DNA of 64,000 bases from Balanoglossus misakiensis (taxonomy: Eukaryota > Animalia > Hemichordata): NCBI GenBank assembly GCA_040954595.2, contig CM082594.2, forward strand, positions 10,358,296-10,422,295. The letters run 5' to 3'. The notes beneath the pieces were generated by a model, which had not been told where the DNA came from, did not search any database, and worked only from the letters and a program-made list of their open reading frames with translations. The translations under genes were made by a program, and so were the position numbers. Position 1 is the first letter of the stretch; every line of letters begins with the position of its first letter. Below, in pieces: positions 47,801 to 62,487 of the stretch.

Positions 47801-50800
47801 GTACATCTACGGCTGAACAGAACACAAATCCAACAGGTCCACATGTTCACTAGAGTGTCAGACAGTTAATACCAGGACAATTGCCACTTACTCTGTGCAC
47901 TGTGCTCTGTGTCATATCAAATGGTCCTTTGGATATATCCGGAAAGTAAATGTTAAGGGACAAAGTCACCAGTGGACGTTGGTGTAGGCAAACATGTCAC
48001 AAGCACAAATGACAGCATAAACAAGGAAACTTAAGCAACATTAAGGTAATTCTCTCTCATCCGTCCATGATTTATCATTATCAGTTTGGAGGCGATTTAT
48101 CAACAACTGAGGTGAGCCATTTGTATATGTATGGTTAAAGCTGTGAATAGTTCAACCGTTCCATGTAGATGGTTTTGATAAAAATCGCACAAACTAAACT
48201 GGAGTCACTCTTTCTAGTTTGTATTACTTCAAGACGATTTAAGCGAGAGCTGCACACTGAAAAAATCCTCTGAGGCATTTTATTTTGTCTGATGTTACTA
48301 TGGAAACCTTTTGCAGTTGCCTGACCTCGGAAATCAAAGATAACTTTTTGAATTATTACCCTGCACGACTAGCATTTTGGCTGCCTAAGGGCACAACTCT
48401 TTGACGTACATGTTGCAATCAGCTCCGAAAACAAGTTGCCATTTAGATCATATCTGGTATTGTGTTGACATACACCTGTACTTTGTGTGAACTACTCTCG
48501 CGTGAATCACAAATAAATAATCTCCAAATCTCCAAGATAACTATCAGCCGTTTCATTTTCTCACTTGAACAACATGAGTATATTACTCTTATTCCAAAAG
48601 CATGCCTGACGTCACAAATCTCCTTGGAGAAAAGAGTGACTAAAATGTGCAACAAGGAAACCTGCTTAACTTTTGAAATAGTATTCTGTCTTTAAATTTA
48701 TTGAAGGTTTATGTCGATTGAACCTAGAAGTGTCACCACTTGGTGATGTGATCGATGGCTACTTCCAAGCTCACTATAGTTAATTTCATTTCCCCCACCA
48801 TTTTGTCAGTAGTGATCAAAAGACCGCTTCGTCACAATTACTCCTCGACGGCCCATTACCAGCACATTCTATCATCGTGGACAGAGAACGCAGCAACCAT
48901 TACAGGAACGACGCTTATCGCGTGGTAGTTACAGGCGTTTATTATTGTGTTGTTGTATCATAGACGTGTTCTTCTCCACTCCTACTGTTGATATTATGCT
49001 AAAAGAATTAGTCACCATAATGACTTTCCCACTCAAAGTGTTTTTTCCACCCTGGACCTCTACAGATGTATTCAGAATAGTGTTTTATTATTTGTGAGAT
49101 GTTTTCAATGATAGACTTATGTTTGTAATATATAGTCGATATATATTTTTTATCGTCATTTTCGATTTTGAATAATGCCATGTTGTTCCTTGTACCTATT
49201 CACATCCCACGTGACAGGATATCACTACGATGAGCGCTCTAAGTCTCAAAGAGAAGGAGGCCTACAATGTACTTAATCAAATTCGTCCCAAATAAAAATA
49301 TAATGTACTTTACTGCTTAAAAGCATTCATGAAATAAATTTCATCGGGGTAATCAGCCTCAAGCCGTGTTTTGGAAACATGTTGTTGGTTGACTGTTCTG
49401 AAGAGATGTTGTGATCATCTGAGCTTTACTGCATATGTATCGAGCCCGGGGGGTGAACGAATTTGAAATTCTAATTACGTTTCAGGTGAGTAAGATAACT
49501 GGCCATAATAAAGGTAGCACATCTCCAAGGCTAAACACGGGCCTACCCTTGAAAAGTGAAAGGTCTTTAATGAATTTTTGATATCAGCCATATTGAGTGA
49601 GGTCAATTGAAGTTGTTAAATTATATATGTGATTTGAAATGGAGACATTAGTTATTTCCCCAATAGCCGAACCAATTTCACCAGTTTCATTACGGTTCAC
49701 AGCAGAATATATAAAGGGATGCAATCAGTAGTACAGCAAGGCATTACACGTCACCGTACATTATTATGTTTACCATAGCAGGTGGAGCACATTCATTGCA
49801 GTGCTCCTGTAAAGTGTGCATTATTCTAAATCATTTTCTATAAATTTAAACTTTATTCCAAGTAAAGTCGAAGTCGCCCAATCGAGCCTAAAAGTGGGTT
49901 TAACTCAATGATAAGCAACGGTTTTTACAAGCTCAGCAGACAGCATTTATTTGTCAATAAAACTGCAAGTTTGCTGTCATTAAAATGTTATTCAATTTAA
50001 AGTAGGCATGTGGTTTTATAATGATCTGAGATCCAACTGGTAATTAGCCCATGGTATCCGTGACAACATCACACTCATCATAAAAAGCATCCTCATTGAG
50101 AATTGGCCTATCCACTGTTAGGATAATAGGTCATTAGAAAATGATCGCTGCACGTTTCTTTCTACACTGTGACAATATGAACAATGCATATTTTAAAGTA
50201 ACATTAACATTCTCATACTACGCATGCTCTGCAAGCAACTGCCACTTGTGTTTTGAAAGATAAAGTGAGACTTTGGGGACCGAGAGAGAAGGTAGGCTAA
50301 ACAAGTATTACTTCTGTTATATCTCCATACTGATAAAGCAGTCTTCCTGATTAATTGTTTTGGTTGTTCTATGAATACTTCTGAATGTCTGTGTCAATGT
50401 AGCCTAATTCAGTCATTCATTCCAATCTCTCTCTCTCTCTATGGATAAGAACTATTTGTATATACATGTATCATGGGCACATCTGCATTCAACAAGGCAC
50501 TCGGTTTCACATATCGAGAGAGAATCTCTTCAGATAGAATGGATGGTTTGCAAAATATTACCATTCGGTGCGCATTGTATGAGTTCTTAATGACAGTGAG
50601 ATGCGTTGTTTTACTTCGATCTATCTGATAACGAAGGAGGTTTTTGATTTATCGTGATTTGGCAGGTTCGTCCCTTGTCAGAAAAAACGCAGATAGAAAT
50701 CTGTAGCGTTGCATCTGTCTATGCTGGGCAAACTGTAGTTAAGAGACGTTGAGGGCTCTTCCCTGAGACATTAACCAGTGTGTACAAAATGGCATGGCTC

Positions 50801-53800
50801 AAGCTATGTCATCTTCAACAGGCAGACGGTCTTCGGCAACAAAACTGTAAACTACTGATGAATATACTAGTAAACTATTAAAACATGTGGATTGAAGAAT
50901 TCATATTGCAATCAATCTGTAGCGAAGTACTAACGCATGAAGACCAACTGTATCGAGATTTAAATGTTGAATTCATAATAATAAATTCTGTGCTACAGGT
51001 CGAGTACCTGACCGTAAACAACATGCCATTTGCGTTCAGGTTCATGCAGACGACAACTGAACTGGAAAAAATCGATGAATTGATAGAGCCAAATATGTTT
51101 TTGAAAGTGCTCGACAAGACCGTCTGGATTTCACTTTGAATAACCGTATCAATCACTAGAAGGAAGCGACACCGAAACTGCAATCGACTTTGTGTAATTA
51201 AGTGAGTGGGAGCATTATGAACAAGATATATTGTTACATTACATGTATCTGGTTCACAGACGCTGGTGGCTTCATCTTAAATTTTACAAAATGGCGGGAC
51301 ATGGGGCGCGTACACATTCCAAGTTTGACTAAAATTAATATATTCGGCAATATTAAAGGTCATGAAAGCTTGATGGCTTCTCAAAAGATGGTGTGTAACT
51401 GAGACAAAATCCTGTGAAATAAATAATTACATCTACGCGTGAAAACAGGGAGGCGGTGTGGGTGTGGTTTATTAGTTGCCGGCGGGGACCATAAAACTCC
51501 ATTTGGCCACTGCATCCAAAATGGTGATTAAAAGGCTCGGCTGTGTCATTCGACCTTTTAGAGAGCAAAGATTGTTCTTCGCAACGGTTGCAAGTTTTTA
51601 CCACGCGCAGCGACAATTAGGAATATAGTACCGCAGTAAAAAAAAAGACCGTGTGGTAAAACTGCGTCTCATAAGCTGCACATAAACCCGCTCATTGTCA
51701 AATGAAGCCAACATTAAAAATATATTGGCAAAGGCAGAACATGTACATATGCCTTTTAGTACACAGGGTAGGGGGGGGGGCATAGCATTAAAGTTGTCTA
51801 CTCAACCAGGCTTTTCACTCGGCAACTTTAATTAATGACTGAGTTAACGTAAAAATGTAGTTAACCGCGATATTGGTGATTATACTGCACCGTAATCACT
51901 TACTCGATAGTTTCATAAAACACATACTGCAATGCTGAAGGTCAAAATTCACAGAAGTACTTCTGCACAAATGATGTCATTAATAACAAGGAACTTTCCT
52001 TCCAGGTATTGCTTATGCATGACTTGTAAGGAAAACATCGAAAGTTGTTTATTACGGTCACAGGGGTAGGCTTCTCACGCAACAAAATTCTTTGCATTTC
52101 AATCTAGAAATGCATGGCTGTGTCTATTTGCTATGAGTCTACTGAAAGATTTTTCTCTAGTGTGTAATACGGTAATGTGTGAAAACCCATTGAGTTGAGT
52201 ATTGTCAAGATTATCACCTCTACCACTCTGTACATCTTGGTTCTTATCATTTATATTAAAGGTTGCAAGAGGTCGAGGCACAGCAAGTCTTTCTGTTTGC
52301 ATAGCACATGATCATGTTGTCTTAAGATATAAAAAATATTCCTCAGTCGCAAAGCTTAACATTTCCGTACACAATTATGCTTCGAAGAGTTATCCTGGTA
52401 AAACAATTGCTAAAATGAGTGTTCCAAGTATAGTATACGGTTTGTGTACACTGTGCAATCATACACTGGTTGTTTGCTTTATATTCAGAATGTATGGTTT
52501 AATGTAATTATGATAATTGCACAATAATTTTTATGACACCAAGGTTTCATGATCGACAGCATTGCATATAATTTATGATTAAAGGCAATTGCTTTATGGT
52601 TTATTACTGCTCAGAACTAATTACTATTGCTGTGTTTCAATACGTCATTTCGGAAAGGCATACGTATTGATTTAAATTGACTACCGGTACAGTTGATCGA
52701 ACGTCACGGAACTTTAATTTCCCAAATTAAGAGAGAATTATAAAACGCGTACTGTAATAAGTGCAATTTAATCATTAGCAAATACAATGCAAATTAAATG
52801 AAATATACCGTAAACCTCAAAATGCATCATTTTGAAGCATGAAATGACTCTTTTATTCTGTATCACCCACTGCACAAAAACATTGCAGTGTAATATGTTT
52901 CATTACGTATTTAGACGAGCACGTTTCATTCAAATTTGTTTTTGAAAGGCGAACAGGGCTCCGTACAGGGAATCTGTCACATTGTATATCATGCCTGGGC
53001 TATATGGAGCCTCTCTTGGGTATTGCTGTTACATTTCAAAGTACATGTAGGTCATTTTAAAATTATCAAGCTGGATGTAAGTTAAATAAATAATAATGCT
53101 CATAAGTATATATCGTACTACTCTTATATTTTTCACTAGCAATATTTGACATCAATATATTATGACGTGTTCACTAACGATGTAAATTTGTTTACGTAAT
53201 GGCGAAGTAATACTGCTGGTTGGCCAAGCCTAGTTTGGGTCATTTTGCCTCGGCCGATTATTCACACTACAACCTTGTTACTGCGGCAACGACAACGCCT
53301 TCAGTGAAACATGCGCACTAGTTGAGAGCTGTCAATTTGGTTTCATTATGCGTTTAGTGGAGAATTCATCGCCAGGGATTCGTCGGTCTCTCGTTGATTT
53401 TCACTGCGTTTCTCAGAAGGGCCACTTCGGTGGGAGATTCCGATGCCAGACAGTTCTTGGGGAAAAAAGAAAGGAAATTATGGCACTTATCAGAAGAAGG
53501 GAACCTTAATTATTACTGCTACATGTGAAGCTGCAAAGCAGGTAGGAGTGCGTTATAATTATTCAAAGCTGGGTTGTGTGAAATGGCCGGGAAGAGCGAT
53601 ATGCAGGCAGCAGGAAAGATGGAGAGAGAGAGAGAAAGAGAGAGAAAGAGAGCACAGAAATGTTCTTGGGCTTGAAACTGTTCCCTTACATAAATTGTCA
53701 TGGTTGTCCGAAATACCACCAAATCGACCCAGAAGATTCAGCGGGATTGTATATCACGGGTCAGACTCAACACCGACTAACGTCCTCCCAAATCCTGATC

Positions 53801-56800
53801 CAATCGGCAGCCTCGGGTCATTTTAAATAAATAATATGGAAAGTTTGTCCAATTACCCCTGACTACCGTACCTTTGTCTTTAGGAAATGTTTCCCTCTAG
53901 GTAATCAACAGAAGTCATGCATACAATATACTTTCTATCAACGTTAATTATCGGCCGTGAAAATAAATACATGTACCTGGCTCTATGGAAAAAAAAACAA
54001 GTCTCTGTCTACAGACAGCTGATATACAGACAGACGAGAACTTGATGGTAATTTATGATGTTAAGTCAAATGACGCCAAAAATCATGGGATAGAGCTGTG
54101 AACTTCTCTGTACAGCAGTTAATTTTTCCCTGTTTAGCCAGGGGTATCAATAACATGTGTCTCTATGAAGTATCAGCAACCTCACAATTGTAGTGACGAC
54201 AGATTTGATCTAGGAACGTCATTGAAATGTCTTCGTGCGGATTTTCTGTAGTAAACAACAGGTTGTCACCCTCAGGGAAGATTTACAGGTTTAGAATACA
54301 TGCGCATTCCCCAGAGTCTGTGATATAAACCCACCCCACGGCTACAGCGTTGTTGTCAAGGAAATTTCACGTCCTCAATGTGACAATTCTGGAAAGCGAT
54401 ACTTTGCTTTGATCAAACATCTGACATATGTTGTTTTGCATCTGATGGAAAGAAACGGGGGAGCGCTAGGTCAGAGGTCATTCGTAAATTATAGCTTGAA
54501 TGGATTCACCTCCAATGTGTTTGAGTTCATCCAAAACTACGATATCCAAGGTTTGACGTCAACAAAGTGACCTGGGTAATAATATCAGGGATGAAGGCCT
54601 AAATTCAGCGGCAGTATTGACAATGTTGGCTGCTGGATGCACTCAATCAGGAACCGTGTCACGTGAGCCGCACGCGAACACAAAGTTGAAATAGGCTGCA
54701 GGCCGGCCTCCATCATCATCATGAAGCGACACAAATTAGGCTCATTTTCACAATTTTACTTATTTTCAGTATTCTCCAGATTATTGCTGCCACCGCCACT
54801 TCTTATCAGAACATTACATATGCTGCCCTCTGACTATCTTGTGTGAGACACGTAAACTTCAACGGGATAATTACCTCGTTAAAGTTTTTGCGCATCGGTC
54901 GAGTGGGAAACACAGACGTATTTTATCTATAAATTGCAACGACGGCAGTTACGTGAGCTGAATGTTGAACAAGTGTTTTTATGGCAGTAGAATTTTAGTT
55001 GACAATGAACACAACGTTCTTTCAAACCTGCCTAGTTACTCTTTTGTCACGTAATAAAAATTAAATTTAAAACAGATGTAAATGCAAGAAATTAGGGATG
55101 CCTGAGATAAAGGGGGGTTTTACGTGTGAGCAGGCAATAATGATTACCCCTCCATCGTTCAGACAGCAATACATTAGTTACTTACATTAGCATTTCCATT
55201 ACGTGGAAAGCAAAAGCCTTTGTGATAGCTAATCTGTCAGTGTCACTTTACATTTTAAGTGATGAAACTGTTGAATAATCAGTTTGTTTGGGTGGTTGTT
55301 GTTTGTGCATGTATTTCAGTTTGTTTAGGGTTTCAAAAATACATTTAGCCGATGATACAATTTTGATTTCAAAAAAGGACAAAGTAATGAATGGCTGTCT
55401 TCATACACAGCCTGACCTCAATCTGTCGTTACATTAGAAGAATTTTCCATTATGGAAATGTGAGCTTGTTCACCGAGTTGTAAGAATATCTACCTCCTTT
55501 GCCATCGAATTCTCATTCATTTACTCAGAACGCAATCTAACAGGTTATAAAGAGCCACAGTGGAGATGTGGCGAAGGATAATATCAGCAATATGGGATTT
55601 GAAGCTTTAAAGCACAAATTCCTGTCTATATGTTGTCTGGCTGTATGCGGGCGGCACACGTCAAAACTTGGGAGGATTGTGAAAATTCTTGTGTGTGGGT
55701 ACACGCAATGGAACAATACTGCCATATCGAGTTGAAAGAAGAACCGGGCAGAATGCATCGAGACTAAACGCATTCAACCAGAGGATATAACTGTTCGTGA
55801 GCTTGTCAAAAGGAGAGAGGAAATAGGACCCTGAGAAAGTACATAGAACAGGAAATCATTACTAATACACCAAAATGGCACTAAATTGCAACCGGAAGCT
55901 GGGGGGTTCTTTTTGGAGCACAAATCTATCGCCAGAGGGGCACGTGACAACTACAAAGAAATTCAAAATTAGGATACGAAACTCGAGTTCATGATTTGCT
56001 GGAGGAAAATCAAGTCCATTCGGTCTTTGAAAATCGAGGATTTTAAATGTAGACATTATGTTTCTTTTTTATTCCAGAGACAAATTTTCCCACTAAAATG
56101 GTTTAGCTCAGAGATATCCCTAGGTAATGACATTTCTGGCTTGTACCTGAAAAAGGATTCTCCAGTTAATAACTTATTTTCTGTGCTGGTGGCTTCATTT
56201 AAGTGGTCTTGAAGCCTGAGCAACCCCTATTTGACCAATTTTGTGTTCAGTTCTGTGTGACATACGTAATAACTACCCAGTAAATGGGTCAAATAGGACT
56301 ACATACATGTACAAAAGGTATATGCCTAACCGAAGTGTGTTGGTATTATTGAGGTGAAAACTTAGCACATGTACATGTTCAGACAATTATTGTTAGGAAT
56401 TATTTTACAAGTCATGCATCTGTGGACTTGGCAAGTCGTATTCAGGATTTCTCAGCATGTTTTACGGAGTAGACAAAGAAACGATTGTTGATGCAAGAAA
56501 CAGAAGACTAAAGGGTATGTCAAAAAATTCAGTTACTTTGGTGGAGATTCTGTTGGCTTCATCTACGGATATCAATATAAAATGTCTGCATATGGTTGCA
56601 AGTTGCCCTTTACAGTAATTAATCGCATGTTTCGGCAAGAAACATGACAAGTGTGCGCGCTGGCCTGGGAACGTGAATATTACCTTCAAGGCGGCGGAGA
56701 CTATAGCTTTGTTTGATAGCCTTTCTTCTGCAAATTGATATGTGCCTACATTTTACTGCCTTGATGAGATTGAAGTGTAAACAATCACCGAGGCATTTCT

Positions 56801-57258
56801 GATACTTAAACTAATGCTTTCACAATTGCCAGCCAGCTAAACAAACCCAACCGATGTCCTCCCCCTTACGCATCAACTGAATTATCACCAGTAAGCAATT
56901 ACTTTGCAATCACCAAACGTTATTACAGTAAAAACGAAATGACTTTTCTACCCATTTCAAAGTTGCGTATGAGTAGCATAACCAATTCTCTGCCTTTCCC
57001 CAAGAGGCCAGAGACAATCCAGCGACATCAATATTTGTTAGTGGGCCATATACTCAGACAAACCCATTAAAGATGTAGCTTTATAGTAAATGTATATAGG
57101 TTCAAAGCGAAGCGGCGAGTGTGCTCATCGAAAACCATTTACGACAATTACACAGTTTCTTCCAGCAGCGCACATGTGATCGTTTCAGTTTGAACAGAGT
57201 GAAATGACAGAAAAGCAGGTCAGGTGAATTTAAAATCACCAAAATACAACTCATGAAT

Positions 57259-57324
57259 ACTATTTATTTATATATTGGAAAATATAACTATTTATTTATA
57301 TATTAGAAAATATAACTATTTATT
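57259..57324. repeat. 28-bp tandem repeat (about 2.4 copies)
   Basis: Unit actatttatttatatatt(g/a)gaaaatata. Confidence 0.85.
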
Positions 57325-57396
57325 GGGGATGAGTATATACCGGTATATGTAGACAGCAGAAATGCATAAAGTATCATGCATAGGTCTACCAGTCAA

Positions 57397-57458
57397 CATA
57401 CATACATACATACATACATACATACATACGCACACACACACACACACACACATACATA
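57397..57458. repeat. (CATA)8-(CA)n compound microsatellite
   Basis: Read directly. Confidence 0.92.
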
Positions 57459-60400
57459 ATGATCACCCTTCACTTGCAAATGTCAATATGCACGAGAGAA
57501 TATCAGCTTGAAATGTACAAATGTCCGTCATTAGCTACTGCTGATTGCAGACGAGATTAAAATTGAACTTTTCCAGTATTCTCAGATAAACATCATCAAT
57601 CACAAGCGATCGTGCGCCGTCTTGACATCTTTTAAGAAAATCAATTTTATTCTCCAGCAGATGCAATCACTGAATCCCCAACACACTGAGCAATCTCATC
57701 CCTTGTGTGTAGCTTCAGTGTTTAATGTTTATTTCAGGTGCTTTTTTTATGAAACCCCCCCCCCCCTCAGAGATACAGCAGTTACAGTGTTTTAACTGGG
57801 AGTATATACTGTATCCTCAGTGACAATGATTTACATAGTGTGATATCAGCCCACACCAAGCTGCTAACAGTAACACCCTGTGTTTGTATAGTATCAGTTC
57901 CTGTATTAATAACAGACCCGTTCCCATGGGAATTATCCCTTCCAACACAGACAGAAGAACCCCCAGAAACGTTTCCCATCATTGATGATGACACTGAATT
58001 GTCTTGACCCTGATATTAGAGGCATTGGACACTACCTAAATTTGTTCAACCCGTTTTCCCAAAAGTTTCCATAAATGTTTGAAGTTGCAATGTGCCATAT
58101 CACAAACGGATCGTTCCACTGTAGCTATCACGTTCATTCCTTGTATTCCGACCAACTGTCCCTGGGGAAACGCTCAGATATCTACCCCGCCTGACCTCCT
58201 CCCTGTGCCTGATGAAACGAGCAGTTTTCAGGGCTTTTTCCGAAATGACAGTAGAAATAACGTCTGTTCTCTCGAACCCGGTATCAACCTTACTGTTGAA
58301 AACAAACTCCCTATCCTGCGCCCCCAAATAAGTAGCCATGATACAATTTACCGGACAAAATGCTTTCTATGTAAAACCACACCAACCCAAAAATCTGATC
58401 TGATCGGATGAATTCCTAAAAGATGTTGCTCTCAAATCACCGCAAAAGAAGGCGATACAAAAGCCCGAGGTAACGTGTTGCGCTGACCTGCGTTAACAGA
58501 TCCCGTGAGGAGTACGGTGCCCAGAGCTCAACACATCCCCCCAAACTCTCGTGGCCTCTTTTGCACACAATACAACGGTTCTCAACGAACAACATTCATC
58601 AACCAAACTTGACCACTGCATCACGGCGGTCGGAACTCGTCTTGACGAAGATATCTGCCCACACCGAGCTGCTAACACATCTTAGTTCTCGCGAACGGTG
58701 ACCTGGGGTTGGCTATCCGGTATGGATAAAACAGGACTAATCAGGAAAAGTTGCACTGTGCCGAAACTTGACGTTCCTTCTTCATATAGATGCTAATTCT
58801 CCCCCCAAACGCCCTAAGACTAATCACGTGACCCAGAACGCACTTCTGATTGGTGTAGAACTCACCAAGGGCGGGATGAGGAAACCCCTCCATCCGTATC
58901 CTCTCAGACATCACCCAATAACGGTCACCATGGCAACAACACCACGCAAGTGAAGCAATACAAAACACCCTGCCAAATAATAGAACACATGGAATAGCAA
59001 CTCCATGTCAAAAGCCCGTTGCACATGTCATTCCTTTCAAGATTCTCTGGAGGCAACTTTACCCAAGGTAGAACTAGGGCCTACCCCATATCAGTCATTT
59101 AAATATACGATTCTTGGGATCCCGATGTCGCCTAGGATGAAATGTAGGAACAGAAAGAAAGTTTTAGGAATGATCAATGATAGCGACTGTGTAGAAAAAA
59201 AACTGTCGACAATGAGCGATACTCCTTCGCAAACGCCCACGTACTACTCGGGAGGGATAGAATGCAATCAGAACGCACACGGACTTAGTTAAAGCATTTT
59301 TACTTACTAAAACATTTTCCCGTATTGTGGTTGTACTTTGTTGGCGTTAATACTAATAGGTATTCTAAATATGATACTTCTAACATATTTCTTGTCTGCA
59401 TTATGAATATGCGTTTGCTGTAATCTTTTATCAAAGGAATGAATGTCACATTTAAGTATCTCGTCACGATGATCCTCATCCCTTCTCTCCAAAGAAAAAC
59501 TGTTTCTCACACTCTTGAAATGAAACGTCCACTGTTATTCTAGCCAGCATTGTTAATCCATAGCTACGGTGACAACTTCAACACCAACTTAATTAACCCC
59601 GGTTGGGTCGCCATGGAAACCGCGCCAAAGAGCAGAAAGTTAATTGGTTCAAAGAGACATATAACTAAGGCAATCGCGATCTCAAAATGTTGCTTTTCCG
59701 GAAGCTGGTGGGTTACCAAGGCAACGTGACCATGTATTTATTTTTCTGGTCATTACATCTCTTTACATCATAATTAATCAGGTGACCAGTTGATTAATGT
59801 ATTTATCTTACGTATCTAATGAGTAATTGGCCATATATCATACGGCAAAGCAGTGAATAGATTTGTCAAAGATTGCTCCGCCTAAAAGTAGCAAAGGGTT
59901 TAAATCGTCAAGTTAAAATATAATAGGACCGAGGTGCATGTATTTTAAAAAGATTAATATATAAAAACACCTGCTCTCAAATATGATATAAAAATGTGGC
60001 AGTATTTTGAAACGGCGTTTTGAAAGTGGCTAGTAAAATTTAAGTGGAGATTCCCAAGGCTTTCGTAACCAAAGGGTCATTCCGGGATAGCATTTCGGCA
60101 TTCGCGGAGCTTGTGTTGCTTAAATGGGGTACTTTGGGTGAAATACGAGTATAAGTGGCTATTTTGGAAGAATTACTGCCAATGATGCAGGTACCGGAGT
60201 CGAAGATTATGAACCATTTGGCAAAAACCTGATGAGTTGGACGCGTGACGAATGAAATCGTCTTGGTGCAGTCTGGTCTTAAGTGTGTGGTGTTCTTACA
60301 TCAAGTATCGCGAAGGGTCACTGGTCGTGATTCTATGATTACTCCAAGAGAAACGAACGCGTCTGTCTCTTGTTCGTGATCTAGAAAATGTATAATTTAT

Positions 60401-62340
60401 GAACCGTAGGCCCTGTAGTAGTCCCAAGCTGCCGCCTGTACCGACTGGCCTGTGACGCGCCTTGTTTGAAGTTGCCGAACCTTGCGGAGAAGACTCTCAA
60501 CTTGCAAGGGCCTTTTGGGCACCTTTTAACATTTCCGTTCGATCGCCCAGGGCTGCTGTGTGTGTACTGTACCGGGCAATCGCAATGATGGATAACTCCT
60601 TTCCGTGGTATACACGAATCAGATGGACAAAGCAGCTCTCCATTACATCTTTCCTGGTTATTTTTGCTTCTAAAGTCATTATTATGCCACATATAGGCGC
60701 GTCAATCGCAACAATTCACTTTCAATCAATGTTTAACTATTGACAGCATAGGGGTCGACGTTCTTTAGTATTTGTAGGTTTTTCTTTTTTCTTCAGTGCG
60801 ACCCCATTCTGACTCAGGCTAAATATCGAAGCCTGGAATCCGATCGAGACGGGATCTTTTTATAATTCCTTTTGTGCAAGCATTGTTGGGGATTAATAAA
60901 GAGATTGTAGGCCCTCGTAAAATGACTGTCATTGTAATCTCCTTCATGATGTACTTTGAAGCGACCAGCCCCGCTGTACGGGGAACCTAATTTATTCAGA
61001 ACGCCAATGAACTCAGAAGACGCGCTCAGCTCTTATGGCGTGGACTATCATTCTAATCTCCATTTTTCAGTCGCCTGTTAATAACGCAGATGAATTTCCT
61101 CGATGTAACGAAGTCGGCAATCGGTTACAGGGTATGAGCTGAGTTTAAAATGACTTCCTATTCAGACTGTCTTGATCCCCAGACTTTGAAAACTCCTTCC
61201 GAGCTCCGACGTACAAACCAATCTCGCGAAGTCATTAATTTATATTGAATGTAATAGATTGCCTATTCACTGCACGGATCATGCATGGTCGTCTTTCCAG
61301 AACGCTGAAATACGTCACTGCGCACCCGCAGTTCCATGACAACCAAACTTCATGACCAGTATCACAATGGGTTTTTACTTTAAGCTAGGGGGTCAAATGA
61401 AATTTTAATAATTGCATTGTGGGTAAAAAGATCGACAGCTAACCGTAGTAAGAGTTTGCTTGAAGTAACCAACTTTTTGTCGATGTGGACGTACTGTGAG
61501 AAGGTTATTGCCGACCGTACTTTCACTTGTCATGATCGCTTGCCGACGCGTTTCCAACGCAACACTTGCAGACTGCAATACATCACCTAGCGCCCAGTAT
61601 CGCTTTCCATCAGGTCTGTTTCCATTCCATCATTACTCGCTCATGGAATAAACTACGGCCGTCTCGCCAGGTTGAGAGGAAGCCCCAAGTAACGTGTGAA
61701 CTGACACGAGACACGCCGGCAAACAAACCAAGCCACGGCGACAGCGATTACTCCCCGACACTCCATAAATCGCGAGCGATGACGTCAGTTTAACGCGAAT
61801 CTCACGATAGTTAAATGTCAGGGTGTCACCCAGCGCCTTTTTATCGCGGTGCCATAACCAATGCAGTGTAATACCGACCTTTCTTCAGACAAGCTACATG
61901 TAGTTGTCATCTGACAAGATCAGTCAAGCCAATCTCAAAGTAAGGCGTAAACACTGAATCAATTTCTGAGATGCGGACGTTACCTTAGTGTGCTTTTGGC
62001 GATACCGAGAGTCATGTGTCGAAAATGACTTTGGTTTTGCTTGGAGTTGATAACCTGTGAAGTGCCCTATACCCTCTAAAATTTGTCAGTGTGTTGCCAA
62101 TTTAAAGGTCGCCTTGATCCTTTCTCTCGCGAGGACGAATTCATTACCTGGCGGTAAGGAGTATAATCTCCCGCCGACATTTCCACCCGTAATTGGTCGG
62201 GTGGCGTTCACAGGATGTTCACCTATACTGTCACGTCGTCCCGTTGTCAAGCAGATTCCACTTTCCGCCATAGTCACGTCAGGTTTCAGTTGATGCGTCC
62301 AGTCCAGTCGTAATGTCTCGCAGCACTGTACACGTCCCGA

Positions 62341-62487
62341 CCCCAATCCGCAAGTAAGCCACGTACAAGCGCAATTTTCAGAGACGATGGCGGCCTGCGA
62401 CCTTTTCAAAGAACCTTTACGCAATATTTAACCGGTGGACCAAACATATTTTATATTGAATATTATTTCGCGGATTACCTGGTGAGT
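62341..62487 (+). other. Candidate promoter and non-coding first exon of a plus-strand gene running off the right edge
   Basis: CCAAT, YY1-like gatggcggcc (62386), CTG|GTGAGT donor at 62481; the ATG opens only a 14-codon uORF. Confidence 0.35.

Noticed and set aside
50760-50780. tccctgagacattaaccagtg resembles miR-125/lin-4 (tccctgagaccctaacttgtga)
   Set aside because: Four mismatches to a normally invariant miRNA and no proper downstream star arm or pre-miRNA hairpin
50885-51139. 84-aa protein-like ORF
   Set aside because: No recognisable domain; isolated; overlapping antisense ORF of similar size
56226-56296. 11-bp inverted repeat cctatttgacc / ggtcaaatagg (same word also at about 24060)
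   Set aside because: Too short; probably a fragment of a dispersed repeat that cannot be delimited
60381-60743. Overlapping ORFs on both strands
   Set aside because: No motifs recognised; might be a decayed TE, but this cannot be supported
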